DNA from: Takakia lepidozioides
Lineage: Eukaryota; Plantae; Bryophyta
Direction of reading: 5' to 3'
NCBI GenBank assembly: GCA_030704615.1
Contig: CM060733.1
Span: forward strand, 48,980,001-49,044,000
Length of the DNA stretch: 64,000 nucleotides
The position numbers were made by a program, and so were the translations under genes. This document shows positions 1 to 13,591 of the stretch, in pieces. Position 1 is the stretch's first letter. Every line of letters begins with the position of its first letter. The notes under the pieces were generated by a model. It saw only the letters and a list, made by a program, of their open reading frames with translations, was not told where the DNA came from and ran no database searches.

Positions 1-346
1 GAAAAAACTATTTGATCCAAGACACATCACAAGTCATCAGTCTCTCAGTTAAGAGTCTTTCTCACATCTCCCTCCACTGTCTTCTCACAGATAGTCCGTC
101 CTTGGCAGAAGACTCCAGCTACAAGGACCTGAAGTGCTTAGCAGCTTACCTGCAATCTCAGCAATGTTTGGGGTGCAGTTCTATTTTGTCTGGCTGTCAC
201 AGGCCCTCTGGTCCTCTGGGGTAGCAAGTCAGTTGAGCTTCAATGGTTGTCTAGGAGTCAAACACACTGCAACTGGTACAATCTCTAAATAAAATTAGGA
301 CAGCAGATAGGCTGAAAATAGTCAAGAGATCAAGGTAACTTGCTAC

Positions 347-3300
347 CTTTAGTATCCATTTTGTCATATTTCTCTGCCTTGGTCCAGAGAAGCCCGGCAT
401 ATCGCTTTTTACTGATGAGCAAGTACGGAAAGTACACCTTTTCAAACTCCAATTTAATGGGCTGTATTTCAAAACCACCACATGAAGCACAGGAAAATTC
501 ACCAACCAAGAAAGCGTCAGTCTCCTCTTTCTTCTCTTTGGCAAGGAAGGGACCATCCTAGAAGAACAGAACTCTGGGAAAACATTCATTTCCCCATAGG
601 CCTCCTTTCTTCTCTTTCCCCGTCTGTAGACCGTGACTGGTCATGTGACAAAATTGGGGACTACAGCTGTACGGCTGGAACCAACATATCAGCTTGTACA
701 TCACATGCGTAATACACTGTGACGAGAATTGACATTGGCATGCAAGCACAAAGAATTTTTTTGAGTTGAGCCTCAAATGTACCCTGGTAGGCTGAAACCC
801 CCCAGCTGGCTCCAGGAGGGTTAGCAGACTGTGCCCTCAAGGGAAGCCCATAGCCAATGTTTGCAGGAGCCAACAACATGTACTTCTCTCTCCAACAAAC
901 CTATGGGTACAACCACCCCTCTCCACCTCCCATACCAAAGACTGTAAACTTCCAGTACAAACCTTGGACCCGGACTGCTACGTCCCTGATAGAAAATTCT
1001 CAAAACAGACCCACTGTGCAGTTAGTGGCAAATTGTACCTTGGTAAATGTGTTGCTGATATGCTCAGCTGCTTCCCTTCCCAGCTTCATGGACTCTTCTA
1101 CAGTGGGAACTCCAAACTGTACCATTACCGAATCTGTGTCTCCATACACTACCTGATCCCTCAAACCCCACAAGCACTAAGAAGATGAGAACATGCCTTG
1201 ATATCACCAGGCCAGAACATCAATACTTCAACTTTATGTACATGTCTGTATCTTCCATAGTCCTTTCTGGTCAAGGATGTAACAGAAGTCGAATGCACAA
1301 GAAAACCTCAACTTCCAACTGTTTCTCTACCCCACTCCCTTGCTACCTTTCCATGACCCTCTGCTCTGTCTTCCCATGTTCAGGCATTGGTCATGAAAGA
1401 AATGGCATGTAAACTAAGGTATTGAACCTGCCAGGGGCACACAAACCTCAGCATCATGACCATAGCCATTGCTTATGCTGAAACGCTCTTGCACAAGCTT
1501 TTTAGTGTGTTCAATCATCTGTCGCCCTACCACCAATCCATGTACACACCTGTTAATCGTCAGAAGGCAAGGCAAAATCTGTTGCAATGGTCAACAAAAC
1601 AAACATCTATTTGTTTCACAGCCATTGAGACCTGTGCTGGTAAAATCTCGGAATTGACTCAGTTTGATGACATTCCGGCCAATCACTCTGGTTCACGTTC
1701 AGGCATACTAATCCAGGGAGGTATGAACACATGGCGTCACTCTAATAAGGGCGTCATTCTGTGGTGTAAGATATGTCATCATTATAACTCAATTCCATGA
1801 TACATTGATAAGAGTAATTAGAGGACATTGGGTTTCTTGGGCCAAGAAATCTCTTTAGTTACGTACTCAACTGTTTGCAAGTGGCTTCACATTACTGTAA
1901 GACTACCTGTGAGTAGTTAATTACCATAGCTGGTCACACTGGAGGAGATCTCAAGGCAAGGAAGCTGCCCAATAGTTGCTCCAGTGAATCCGTACACTGA
2001 GTTTGCACTAATCTGCATTGCACAAGAAAAATGGGAAGAAAAATTGTTTAAAACAAACTGGGTAAGGTCATAATCCTTCACCAGTCCTCTCTGGCCACCC
2101 TCTACTTGCCATCAGCTGTCTCCTCTATAAAACTGCTAGATCATTCTGACTCTGTGGATGTTATAGAGTTCCGTTTATTATGGATCTTATGTCTATTGCT
2201 TTCAGTTGCCTCTGTGCGACTAACCCCCAACGACAAGAATATACTCTCTTTTAGTCAGTACCTAAGAACGTGTAGAGATCAAGAGAGCTATTTCCTGATC
2301 AGGCCAGTTGTATTTAATAAGGGGGGCTTCTGCAAACACCTTAAGGGCAAGCTGCCGACCATCCAACACAGCTTTCTCAAGTGGGTCCGTTGCTTCCTGT
2401 CATCAAGCACACATGATTCTCAAAACCAATGATGTACGGCCAGCCACTCAGTCCAGCCATCAGGGCATTTCTAAGCAGCCAAGGTGCATTTTTTTATGGG
2501 ATCGTCCCCCAAGAAAACAAAATGGTGTTGGCTTTTCAAAAAGGTCAAACCGTCCAATATGCAGTAATAAAACCAACAACAGGGTCATTGATAGAGCTTC
2601 AAACTGTCAAGCAAGATGAACAGATTCTTTTGACAAAATAGCCGTCCAATGTAATATCACATTTTTCCTTTCTGGATCAAGTCACTATTCCAAAATACAT
2701 CACAAATAAACACAAGTGATAGCATATTAAAAATACCTTCAAAGCAGCTTTGGCTCGTTTGCGGGCAGCCAAAAGCTCCTCTAGAATCTCTGGCAATATC
2801 CCCTAAGAAATTTGAAGTGTCCCAATGTCAATAAAGACTTCGAAAGACTCAGATTTGAACCCAAACCAGGCTTGAATGGAGCAAAAGGGGGTAACACGTG
2901 AGAGTGGGGATGGCAGGGGGAAGGGTAGATTGTGTGCACTTAAAATATTTTACAGTAGTGGTGTACCAACAAACGTTGCTTCTGGCCTTCCAGAATTCCT
3001 CAAGGGAGTTCTTCACATTGCATTAATTTGATGGGGGGATTTACCCAGGAGATCAGACACAATAAGGGCCACGGCTTTTGGATTCATTTCGATCTCCTTG
3101 GACTGCTGTGCCCATAGGAATCTTAGTCATTAGGGGAGGACTCAAATCACAATCTTGCCTTCATTGCACTGAGTGTCCAGTTTCGGGAAGCCCCCATCTA
3201 CTAAATCGAGGCGGTGGCCCACTTTACCAAGCAAAAAGAGGTACTCCTCTACTGCATAAGGATACCCATAGCCATGCTATCGTCCCCATCCTATGCCCCA

Positions 3301-6300
3301 CAGATCGGGTACAAAGGTCCTTTTCAAGCAGCTTGGTGATTGTACAGAGGTTTGGCCAGATGTAGAACTTCAGGCTAGTGCCCAGCATGGAAGGTCCATC
3401 AGCTAGTCGTTTAGTCCCACTTGTAAATCAGAGCCAGTGAAGAACTGATGGTAGATGTGTGCAGAACTTCAACTCCTCTCTCTCAGTTTTCACCACCTTT
3501 GTATCTAGCCTCAATCTCCTCCAGTTACTTCTGTATGAATTGAAAATGAAAGAAAACCAAACCCAACCCAAGAAAAAACAGAGCCGAACAAAAAATTATG
3601 ACTTTTAGGATTGGTTTCAATTGCTGCAGCTAGCTGGCCTGGTAAGCTTGGTCTGAGTTTGCCTCCAGATGCCTTTCAGGATTATGGCCATACAAGGTGG
3701 TTAGCTCGACCACCAACCCCTGGCTAGGCCGCACTCTATGTGCATCTATGGTCGTAGACAGCTCTGGGTAGGCATCTCTCAGTTTTCAGGATTTGAGCAT
3801 TAATCAGTTCCCTAATAAGGTTCATTTTACAAAACAACAAAACCATGAGGTGCCCTTATCTCCATGCTAGACAGAGAGGCATCCCTCAAAGGAGCAATTG
3901 AGAAGCAGAGCTTTTGGTGGGGGCAGACCTTCTCAAGTGAGGGCTTCACAAAAATTTCGCCAGAGGGAGTCTTCGTTATGCTTTCCGGGGGCAGATTTAG
4001 CTTGTGCTGGTCCTCTGCTCGTACCTGTCCAACAGGTACTCATAGTCAGACTGGAGCTTTCAATACATAGACCCGTGGTTTGGGCACTCTGGCCAAACAG
4101 GTTGCGGTCTCAGGTTTAAATCCACAGCACCAATGTTGGAGCTTGTTTTGCTTGGAGAACCTAACCCATGAATGGGGCTATTGATTTCCTGAAGGCAATT
4201 TCAGTCTCTGGGGACCAATCAGGTGACAAAATGCCCTGGTCATAAACTAATTGGCCATTAGAAAACGCCCACGTCCAAAAGGAAGTAGGAGCCCTCACAA
4301 GTGAAGAAGTCATGCAGAATGGCTAGCACAGTACAGGCATCATTCTTCTGTTCTTAGTTGACAGGTGGCATAGTGCTAACCACCTTCTCAAAACAACTAT
4401 GTGTTAATTGGGATGGCTGGCCACATTGAACCATGAGCAACACAGCGGTCAAATTTTGCCATCAGATCAGTGTATCTCTTTGACTGTTACAGCAACTCCA
4501 TTGAATTCATTGACTTGTTTGGCATCATGTGAATAAAGTTTTGTTTGAGAATCCCATTGATGTTTTCTGCATTACAGTGAAAAAGATGTATGCAAGAATC
4601 TCTGGAATGGTGATCATATCTAAGCACAGCATTCCAGGATATGCACAAGATCTGAGCCAGAAGCCCTGTAGTAGTACAGATGCAAATAAACCACCCCTTT
4701 CTCCACAAAAGGAGGTCGCCATATTAGAAGGAAAATTTGAAGAGCCAGAAAACCAAGAAAGGATAGAAGGAGAGTACCAGGGTGCAGTAACAAAGGTTGT
4801 AGGCCATCATAATGGAGGGATATAGTGACGCAAAATCCAGGGTTGCAATTGGCTTCTCAAAATACCCAGATTTTGCATCCAACACCTGTCATTGTGAAGA
4901 AAGAGAAACATTGTTGCGGAGATGTTAATAGAAACCCAGGCGAGGACACATATCACACTCTATAAACGTTGCTTAGGACATCAATGAGTCTCAATTTCCT
5001 TATATCATCATTTACAAGGCTTCCTGAAGTTCAAGAGGGACAGGAAGAGGAGCAGCAAGGTCTGCAGGAGAAGATATATTACATCCAATGGAGACATAAA
5101 GGGCCTATGGAAACAAAAGAAAGTTCCAAAAATAAGGTGCCCAAAGCCGAACTAAGATTTTGAGTTTTGACTGACTCAGAATTTTCCACCAGCATGTGTC
5201 TGGAGACAGTATACCTCCTGCACATTTACTCTTGCACTTCTCAAACATAACTTGAGACCTCTGACAATCATTAGCAGTCTCTATATAGTCAGCTCCTCGT
5301 GTACCAGAGAGGAGAAACAGAAACATGGTGTGTCTCACTCAGAGAAGTGCAAAACACACAGAATTTATGTCTGTGAGAGGCTCATGGAATATGCCTAGAA
5401 AAACACAGAACCACTCAACAAACAGTAAAACCAAAGGAATCGAAGAGAAGAAAGAGAAGGGAAAGGATATGTGCTTTCAGGTTTCTCTGTGGCTCCATAA
5501 CCCTCTGCATTCTGTGGACGACAAAGTTCTCTTCAAATAAAAGACTGACTAGGAGATGCTGTTCCTCATGCCGGTACGCCCAAAGAGTGCAAAAGAAGAG
5601 ACTGAGAAAGAGAAAGAAAGACAGAAGGCCTTTTTTAAGTCTGAAGGAGGCCCAAAAAAGAACAAAAGAAACAAGAAAATTTATGATGCTCCAGACCCCA
5701 AGGTGCAATGGGACTACGTGGGAGAGTAAGAAACCACCTCATAAAACATCAACTGATGCAGAAGACGAGGAGACTTGTGTAGGTAGGCTAGATGAGACAG
5801 CATGTCACACATGAAGGTAGTCCCTGCAGATTATTCATATATACAGAATAAAGTAAGAGACGGTTGTAACTCACAGTGGCTCCTTCAAACCCTTCTCCTT
5901 GGCCAGCCCCTTGCGATTTCACATTGGGCAGCACCAAGTTACGCTGCTTTGACTTTCGCAGAAGTTGTGATAAAACCTGCAAAGGTTGCAACCAACCAAC
6001 GGAATTAGCTCCAACCCAAAGGAAAGCTTTTGACAAGATACGCTCAAACAAGTACGCATTATCCTACTGGTTCTTTCAGTCGATCCACACGCAATCTTTG
6101 AAGCAAGGCAGGGACTTCAACTTTCCCCCCACAAGAAAAGTCATACCTTGATGCTTTGACCCCTGGCAAGAAGGAAGGAGATAGGAACGCCTGTGACACG
6201 TGCCATCTCGACATAGTTATAGACGTACATCAGCTTGTCCAGTAGCCGTTGTGGAAGATAGGCGTCCTGCAGGGAGCAACCATCACGAGTCGTTGGATTT

Positions 6301-9300
6301 ACTTCAACTTTTGGATGACTGCATGTCCCAATCTCTCCTTCACGATATGTGAGCAATAATCAGTCTGCTGGAAGCATGAGAAAAGAAAGAAGAAGGTAGA
6401 GGGGAAATTAATTGAAAAGCAAAGATGCAAGAACAAGAGAAAAATGCAAAACGGGGAGATTGTACGGAGAGCCAAAATCTCCCCGCAGAAGTGGCTTGTC
6501 ATAGCTTTGCCCCATGGAAACTTCCCCTTCCGAAGCCAATTGCGAGTTTGCACCTACTAAACTTCGGTTTTAGCTTACCCTTTGCACACAGGTAACAACT
6601 ATTGGTCAAGTTGAATTAGGCTGGGAATTGCCAACTTGACCACAGTAGACTGCTGAGTCTGTACCATAAATCTATCCAAATCTGAAGATGTGATTGAAAG
6701 CCACAAAGCCAATTTCTGCCACATGCGTCTCAGAAGGCATCAAGGACAGACACACAAAAAGAAATGGAGCTGACTTTGCACTGAGCAGAATCTCAATGGA
6801 TTGACCAGTGGATAGAGCAGACCTTAAGACAATAGACAGCCAATCTCCGCCGTGTTTCATGGTTACCATTTTGCAGGTCGGAGATAATAGAATGGTGCAC
6901 GTCCTCTTTCTGCATTCCATGCGACAAAAATATCCCTCCTTCCTCAGATTGTAACAAGCCCCATTGATGCTTCCCAGACTGCACCTCTGCTCCTTGTTGA
7001 TCTACTAATTCATCCCATGGGGCCTCCAGATCCCCAGTGCAAGTTATGAAGTCTCTTTCTCACCCTCTGGGCCTCTCGTGATGTCACAAGTTTCTTATCT
7101 GCGGTCGCTCACATCCCCCACCCTTAAATATTAACATACCCACTGTACCAGAAAAGATGGGGAGAAGTTCACCTGCTCTCCAAGAAAGTGCGCAGACACA
7201 GCGTTCAATGAATATGAGCTCAGCTTGTAGTCCCTCTGGATTGCCTGCATGCTCAGCCAAATATGAAGGGATGTACTCAGTAGACCATTCGTGCCATCCC
7301 CCGAGGTAACCTACATCAGATTGTCTGCTGTCAACAAACAGAGAGCCGACCAAACAAAACCTCGCATTTTATGAACTCCAATTTTCCTGCTTTAACTCTC
7401 ACAAGTTGAGGTCTCAATCCTCTCTGTGATTCTGTGGGCACATTACAAGATCGCAACCTCATAGCATCTGTAGCTAAGTCCTGTAACTGTGATACAGTCA
7501 GAAATATTGAACTACCTGAAGAAGATCAAATTGAACCCGGCCTTCAATCGTTACTTCTTTGCTTTCTCTGGTGCCGTACTGTCTGTACACAGAGATATAC
7601 ATAGAATGATTACCAGGTAGCCATTGCACCACAGATTGGCTGCATTTAGCCTTCAGACCTGCAAACTTGATAAGCAATGTGCACCGGTGGTCAACAATGT
7701 CAGTCACATGTAAAGCAGATCTTGACGACAAGGTGGGACTTGGCATGTCATGTTAGTGACTGAGGGGGTTAAAAGCTAGTGCAGTAAACCAAAGATGCAA
7801 TTATGTGAAGGAAAAGACTGCACCTTGAGGAGAAAGATGTGTCCCTCATACGGAGCCGGCTATTTTTTATACGGCCCAAAATTGGAAACTCATGAACATT
7901 CAATGTTTGTGCCCTCTGCACAACAATAATCAGAGATGCAGGGAAGATTAAAACAAACGTTCTCATAAACCCAATTCGATTGAGGGGTTTTAATGAAGTT
8001 GTTGACTGCAAGGGGGGTTTTAACAAGAAAAGAGAAAACAGGGATGAGAAACTGACAGACAGCAGAGAAAAGACCTCAAATTGAGGGGTTCAAAAGAGAG
8101 GCATTGACAGTAATCAATTCTTAGCAACCAGTTGGGACGAAAACACAGAGGTATCGCCAAAGGGATAGAACATTGCACCAGGAACCTAGCACAATGCATA
8201 AGTAAGGGTGTCTTGTACCTCAATCAGATAGGGTAGATCAAACTTGCAAATATTGTAGCCAATTATCAAGTCAGGATCGACTTCTCGCACCAAGTCCTGA
8301 ACACACCATAAGTCAAAATGATTGATCAATATCTGGCAGCAGAAAGAGGTAACATTCTTGTCATTCAAGGTGATCAGGTAGGTCTCGGAGGGTGGCCCTC
8401 CACGAACTTTAATGATATTATTCTGCATTCTAATTTCCTGCAACCAACGCTAACCCTTTCCTGAAAATCTCCCTCCACTGATCTCAACCCCTTGATCTGA
8501 CAAAATGCTACAGCTTCTTTTGCACTTGAGGGGTTGATGTCCAAAACATTGTTGGATTTGGCAAGAACCAGGTAGTACCTTGTGACAGTATTTAAAACCT
8601 GCTAGCACTTACCCTCCAAGCCAGCAAAACCTCCCTCTCCGATTCAAAGGACATGACATCAGCACCCACAATGGCTGAACATGATTTCAGAGTCATCACA
8701 TTGCGCACTATTGGTCGATCTTCCCCCTGCACCGTGACCAGGTTGGCGATCTGGCCACCAATCCACCAACATAGCTTTCACTTCAGGTATACACACGCAC
8801 ACACACACACACACACACACCCCTCTTACCTGTAGGTGAAATGTTCCACACTAAGGAAGAACTTCGGGAAACAATTTAACACACTAAAAGCTGAACACGC
8901 TGCAGTCCTTATGAGCGCATGCTATGACACATTTATGGACTGGAGAAAGAAGAAGTTGCTCAGTTTATTTCATATAACTAAGCAATGTTCTCACGATGCA
9001 ACAGCAGTGAGGTCAAAAGATGACCCTAGTTCATGAGTATCCACATTGCAGTTCTTCTACACAATTAAAAGTAAGACTTCCATCTTCTGCGCCATTAACA
9101 GTTAGCTCCATCAGACAATCGCAAGTGAGAGACAGGATACTGATTGCAACATAGATAACTGGATGCCAGCCTCCTATCTGGAATGACCTGTTCATGTTGA
9201 AATGTGAAACCTGACACTACCTGAATGACAGGATCCTGTTCAGGCTCGGGAAAATGACCCTTCCTGCCCGCACATTCAATGTCAAAGCTCAGAATTCGAA

Positions 9301-12300
9301 ATGGTGCCATCTTGGAGTATTGACCCACTGGAGAGTGGCTAATCAGCTTGCTGTAGCTGTAGATGATGTCAAGGAGCTTCCCATGGTTCAGTCAATCTCA
9401 TGAAGCCTTCCAATATATAATTTCATTCACTCGTCAAATACTCCTTTGTTTTCCCACACCCCCTACACAACAACACTCTGCCAAGAGTTTCGTTTCTTGT
9501 ATCCTGCTTTCTTCTGTCCCATAAACTCTTTGAGATTCGCGTGTACATTATTAAATTCCATTGATTCTTTCTCTCATAAGGGACTTTCCCGCTCAAACTG
9601 GGCACGGGGTCAATGGCCACAAGGCTACGGCAAACAACGTCTTATGAGTACAATCTCATAAGGGACTTTAAAGTTTGGAAGGTTTTGATGTGGGTTTTTC
9701 TTCTTTTGAGCTTCCGGACAGGACACACTTTGTTCTTTCCTTCTTTCAATTCTCATGTAACACTGAGCTTTAAGTTGTTCTTCATTCATATCATATTGTT
9801 GAACTTGGTGTTCCTGTAGCTGGTTTTCCTTCCATCTGCTGCGCACTGCATTCTCTCTCTGTCTCTCTCATTTCATTTCATCTCTGGCAGTAATAAACTC
9901 GTTCCTAAGAACCCTTCAAACATTGTCTCAGGAGTCCTTATCTGTGGCCAAATTGAGGGCTGCACAGCTGTGCTGGAATCAATCTTATGCAATAGCACAA
10001 TATCTTACCAACCCATGCACCAAACTCTCCATTCCCTTTAACCAAATTGTAGTCTGGCACAAGCACTATGTCAATTCCAGGCTGAGTTTCCATACCCTGA
10101 CAGGTGGAAAGCCCACAACTGCATCCTGGGAGGGTTGAAATTCCACGGGTACTGCTGTTACCTCACAGTCAACACAGTTGGAAATTCAATGAGTACATTC
10201 GCTCTCTCCTCCCTTATCCTGCCCCAAACTGTATGACCTCAACTTGGTGTTCCTGGAACTCTAAATGAACTCCGTTCACTGCTGCAGTAAATTGAACAAC
10301 TGAGACTCGCATGATCAGCTCAACAAATGCACAATTCATGGAACTCAAAAGCTGGATACAGGATGTCAAACTCCAGCTGACAGTAAGACATTTGCCTCTT
10401 GCTCTCTCGGTAGTTCCCAGCCGGAAGCTCGACCCAGTTGCCACCAACAATGTCACGATCAATCATAAATCGTAAAGCAAAAAGCACATTGCTCTCGTAT
10501 GTCAAAAAGCATCTTTGTCCCAACCCATCAATAGTTATTCCTCTTTCCAGAATGCCTGCAACCCCAACACCCAGTTGCAGCACGGGTTCTCGGTCATCAG
10601 AGTTGCTCAAATAAGCAGAAGGCAAACATAAAGTATCTAATTAGGCGTGCTTTTCTCACTTGGGTGACACACTCATGCAAACAGCTTTCTCCCAAGCCAC
10701 AATCTATTTCAGCTATACACATGTTGTGTCTGCTTTCCCAAGTGGCTTAACCGGCCATTCTGGACATCCAATTCTTCCCGCAGGAGCCAAAATACATACA
10801 GCAAGAAATTACGAAGTGTTTTCCCAGACTCCTAGAAATAAGACCTTACCAGAACAGAGAAAGAAGAAAGGGGAGAGGGTTTCCGTGTCGAATTACAATA
10901 CCTCTACATCCAGCTACCATGGTTGGGAGAGAAACAAAAATCTTCAAAAAAGAGCGAGCTTTTTGCAGTTGAAAATACATAAGGCTACGCTTCTGCACAA
11001 TTTCGATCCTGGTCACGAAAACTTGAGATCGGCTGTTCCTGTTGGCCTCCCGCATGCGTGTCTGCAATCCATTCATAATATCCGTCAGAGTATCCTTAAC
11101 CAGGCTTCTCCGTGTTACATTGTGCCCCAGCCCCATGAACATTTTCATGTCATGGTGTCTACCAGTTGAGGAGTTTTTTAATTTGATCTGTAAAGTACAA
11201 AAAAAGGTCCAGATCCCTCACCTCCAGCGTACTGCGAAACTTCGGGACATCATCGGGACCAATGCCATCAACACAACTGATGTAAAAGTAGGGTTCAAAC
11301 CCATGCACTTGACAGCAGACACTGTTTCCTGCCCACCATTTAAGCCCGACATGACCCACCACATCAATAGACCACAATGTAGGGAAAGATTAGGAAGAGA
11401 AAGGAACAGGGAGGGCAGAGAGGAAGCAGAAAAACACAAAAGTGCTCTGCAGTAAAGATTCTTACTTCATGGAAAAAGTGAGCCCATAATTCCACAGAAC
11501 CACTCCAAACTATCTGAGCCAGCATGGTTTGGTTATGCATTCGAGCCAGGACATAACTCGGTTTGGAGGCTGTTTCAAAATACTGATACTTCAGCTCATA
11601 GAAATTCGATTGAGCAAGGAGTACATGACCATGGCTTATTTCCTCAAAGCTTAACATAGTGCAACGGACATCTTCACGTGAGAGAGAATGTACTCAAAAG
11701 ACGTTGTTTGCCGTAGCCTTGTGGCCATTGACCCCGCGCCCAGTTTGAGCGGAAAGAGAGAGACAGGGGTAGAGAGAGTGAGAAGAAACAAACTATATAC
11801 TGACAGAAATTCTCGTACAGGTGAGCTGCCAAAACAGGTGAGCTGCCAAAAAGAGCCCCAGTGCGATGTGCACCTTCTTGGGTGACGCCAAACATTCGCA
11901 AAACTGCAGCCGGTCCTGTCCTATTGCGGCACCAATCCTGGTCACTTTCTCCTATAACATAATCTATTTCCAGCTGTTGAAACACTGTCACACCACATTA
12001 AGTTTGTCCATTAGTGTGGAGCCCATGCTTCAAACAGTAAACCCACCAGAAGACAGGATGCTCTTGCTTATGCTAAGCTCCTACCAGTGTCAAGTTTTAT
12101 GAGAACAGCAGCTCTATCTTTAGTCTGAAAATTTTGCTGTGCAGAATTCCAACCCGAAACTTGTGGGATTGAAGTACGTGACAACTCTTGTCAAACAGAT
12201 GTTGCAATTTGCATACCAGACTCTGTTCTGTCTATTATATCATCATCGATCAAATTTTCCACTGCCATGAGTTGGCTTAGCCCTCTCTCCCGGTTCTTAA

Positions 12301-12675
12301 TTTTGCAGAACGCGCGAGACTTATAGCTTGGAAGCTCTCTAAATCCTTCTAGCTGCCATTTCACATTATGAACAGTGACAGAGATAAAGCGAGGGGGGAG
12401 CACACATGCAAGCGGCAGCACTCCATACCAATACTTCGGGAATGAGAATTGCAAGTGGGAACGGCAGGTCGCCTCCATTTGGATAATCGCGCTGCCACGC
12501 CGTCAACCCCAGAATCATGGAGAAGCTCTTCATCACGTAGCAGATTTTCTTCGAGAAAAACATCCTCATCCTCCTCTTCCATAGGCTCGCCCAGTGCTGG
12601 AGGCCCAGCCCCTGCCTGTAGCCGCTTCGACGGTGGTAGATTCGACGGCAGACCCGTCCTACGTTTCCCATCCAT
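347..12675 (-). CDS. POLD1: DNA polymerase delta catalytic subunit (B-family); 22 exons in window, 3' end lies beyond window start
   Basis: Exons read with GT-AG boundaries in consistent phase: 12675-12429, 11984-11874, 11328-11222, 11061-10902, 10555-10360, 9356-9221, 8750-8613, 8296-8219, 7915-7824, 7582-7516, 7244-7173, 6909-6823, 6266-6147, 5976-5875, 4885-4778, 4024-3929, 2802-2737, 2396-2340, 2012-1925, 1526-1447, 1152-1039, 461-347. Motifs: ExoI SFDIEC, Exo[10 protein letters not shown], ExoIII YCLKD, motif A DFASLYPS, motif [14 protein letters not shown], motif C YGDTDS, KKRYAG. Confidence 0.97.
8790..8821. repeat. (CA)n microsatellite in POLD1 intron
   Basis: acacacgcacacacacacac... 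run. Confidence 0.85.
9588..9653 (+). mobile_element. ~66-bp short interspersed element flanked by a 16-bp direct repeat (copy 1)
   Basis: TCTCATAAGGGACTTT occurs at 9572-9587 and 9654-9669. A second, inverted copy of the insert lies at ~11686-11755. Confidence 0.7.
11686..11755 (-). mobile_element. ~66-bp short interspersed element (copy 2)
   Basis: Reverse complement TTCCGCTCAAACTGGGCGCGGGGTCAATGGCCACAAGGCTACGGCAAACAACGTCTTTTGAGTACA is nearly identical to 9586-9652. Confidence 0.7.
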
Positions 12676-13007
12676 TCCCCCTCTCTGCCACTGCCAATGT
12701 CTCTGTCTCGCTCTCCCTCTCTCTCTCGGGCTGAAAGCCTACAGCCTGCGTCGCAATGGCGAGTTCAATCGCTGGGAGATAGTTACAAACCTACACATCC
12801 CCCACGATCGAGCAGCTTATTAAGCAAATCCTTCTACACCCGGATTCAAACAAAGCCAGGTTCAGCTAACAAACTCCATTTTCGCAGTAACGAAATCGGA
12901 TCGGAAGCACAGCTCCTGCAAATTCTGCAACACATACACAATCCGTGTCGCAAGTAATCCAAGAATCCAACACGAACACAGCAACGATCCATCGATCGAT
13001 CACGAAT

Positions 13008-13043
13008 GCGGGAAACCCTGTGCCCTAATGCCAGATTTCCCGC
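13008..13043. promoter_or_regulatory. Pair of inverted E2F-binding sites upstream of POLD1
   Basis: GCGGGAAA at 13008-13015 and TTTCCCGC at 13036-13043 match the E2F consensus TTTSSCGC, about 330-370 bp upstream of the POLD1 ATG. This is typical of DNA-replication genes. Confidence 0.75.
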
Positions 13044-13591
13044 CATTTGCCCCTCGTTACCGGCTTCTCCAGTCGCGAGTATTTTCGTATTTTCCACACA
13101 CACAGCATTCATGTTATTGACCGGTTGAACCGGACGAGCCTCGACCGATCTAGCCCGTCGCTTCCACATGTGAATATTTTTTTTTAAATATTTTTTAATA
13201 TTGATAAGTAGCAGTTTCTGCCACTTTTTAGGTGTCATTCTTGAGGTGCGTTCAGACCTGGAGATAGCGGCTATAATAAATCAGCTATAATATATCGACG
13301 TTCAGACCTGCCCTCACTTGTTACTATTTATCGACGGTATTTGCAGACGTGGCACCACTATCACCGGCCTTAACTTCTAGAGATAATTTATCATTGTTGG
13401 TAACAGCGTAATGGCAGGGTGTAACATGTTTCAAAATTCGTTGATGCTCGCGCCTAAATGCATCGATAGACTATCACTCCCAAATCCTATCTGATAGCTA
13501 TCAATAGATCGTCGTCTTCTTACGCTCCTCGCCTTTCTGCTCTTCCACACTTGCAACAAGCACCTCGACGTGATCAGAGTAGTTTTGCAGG

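Noticed and set aside
9585-9592. Intronic E2F site TTTCCCGC
   Set aside because: Created by the junction of the TSD and the insert, far from the promoter; likely chance.
1-12675. POLD1 as part of a Polinton/viral self-synthesising element
   Set aside because: It is an intron-rich cellular Pol delta with E2F sites, lies outside all TIRs, and has no protein-primed polB features.
12-12957. Many short ORFs on both strands over POLD1
   Set aside because: They are antisense or intronic frames, or exon read-throughs explained by the spliced gene.
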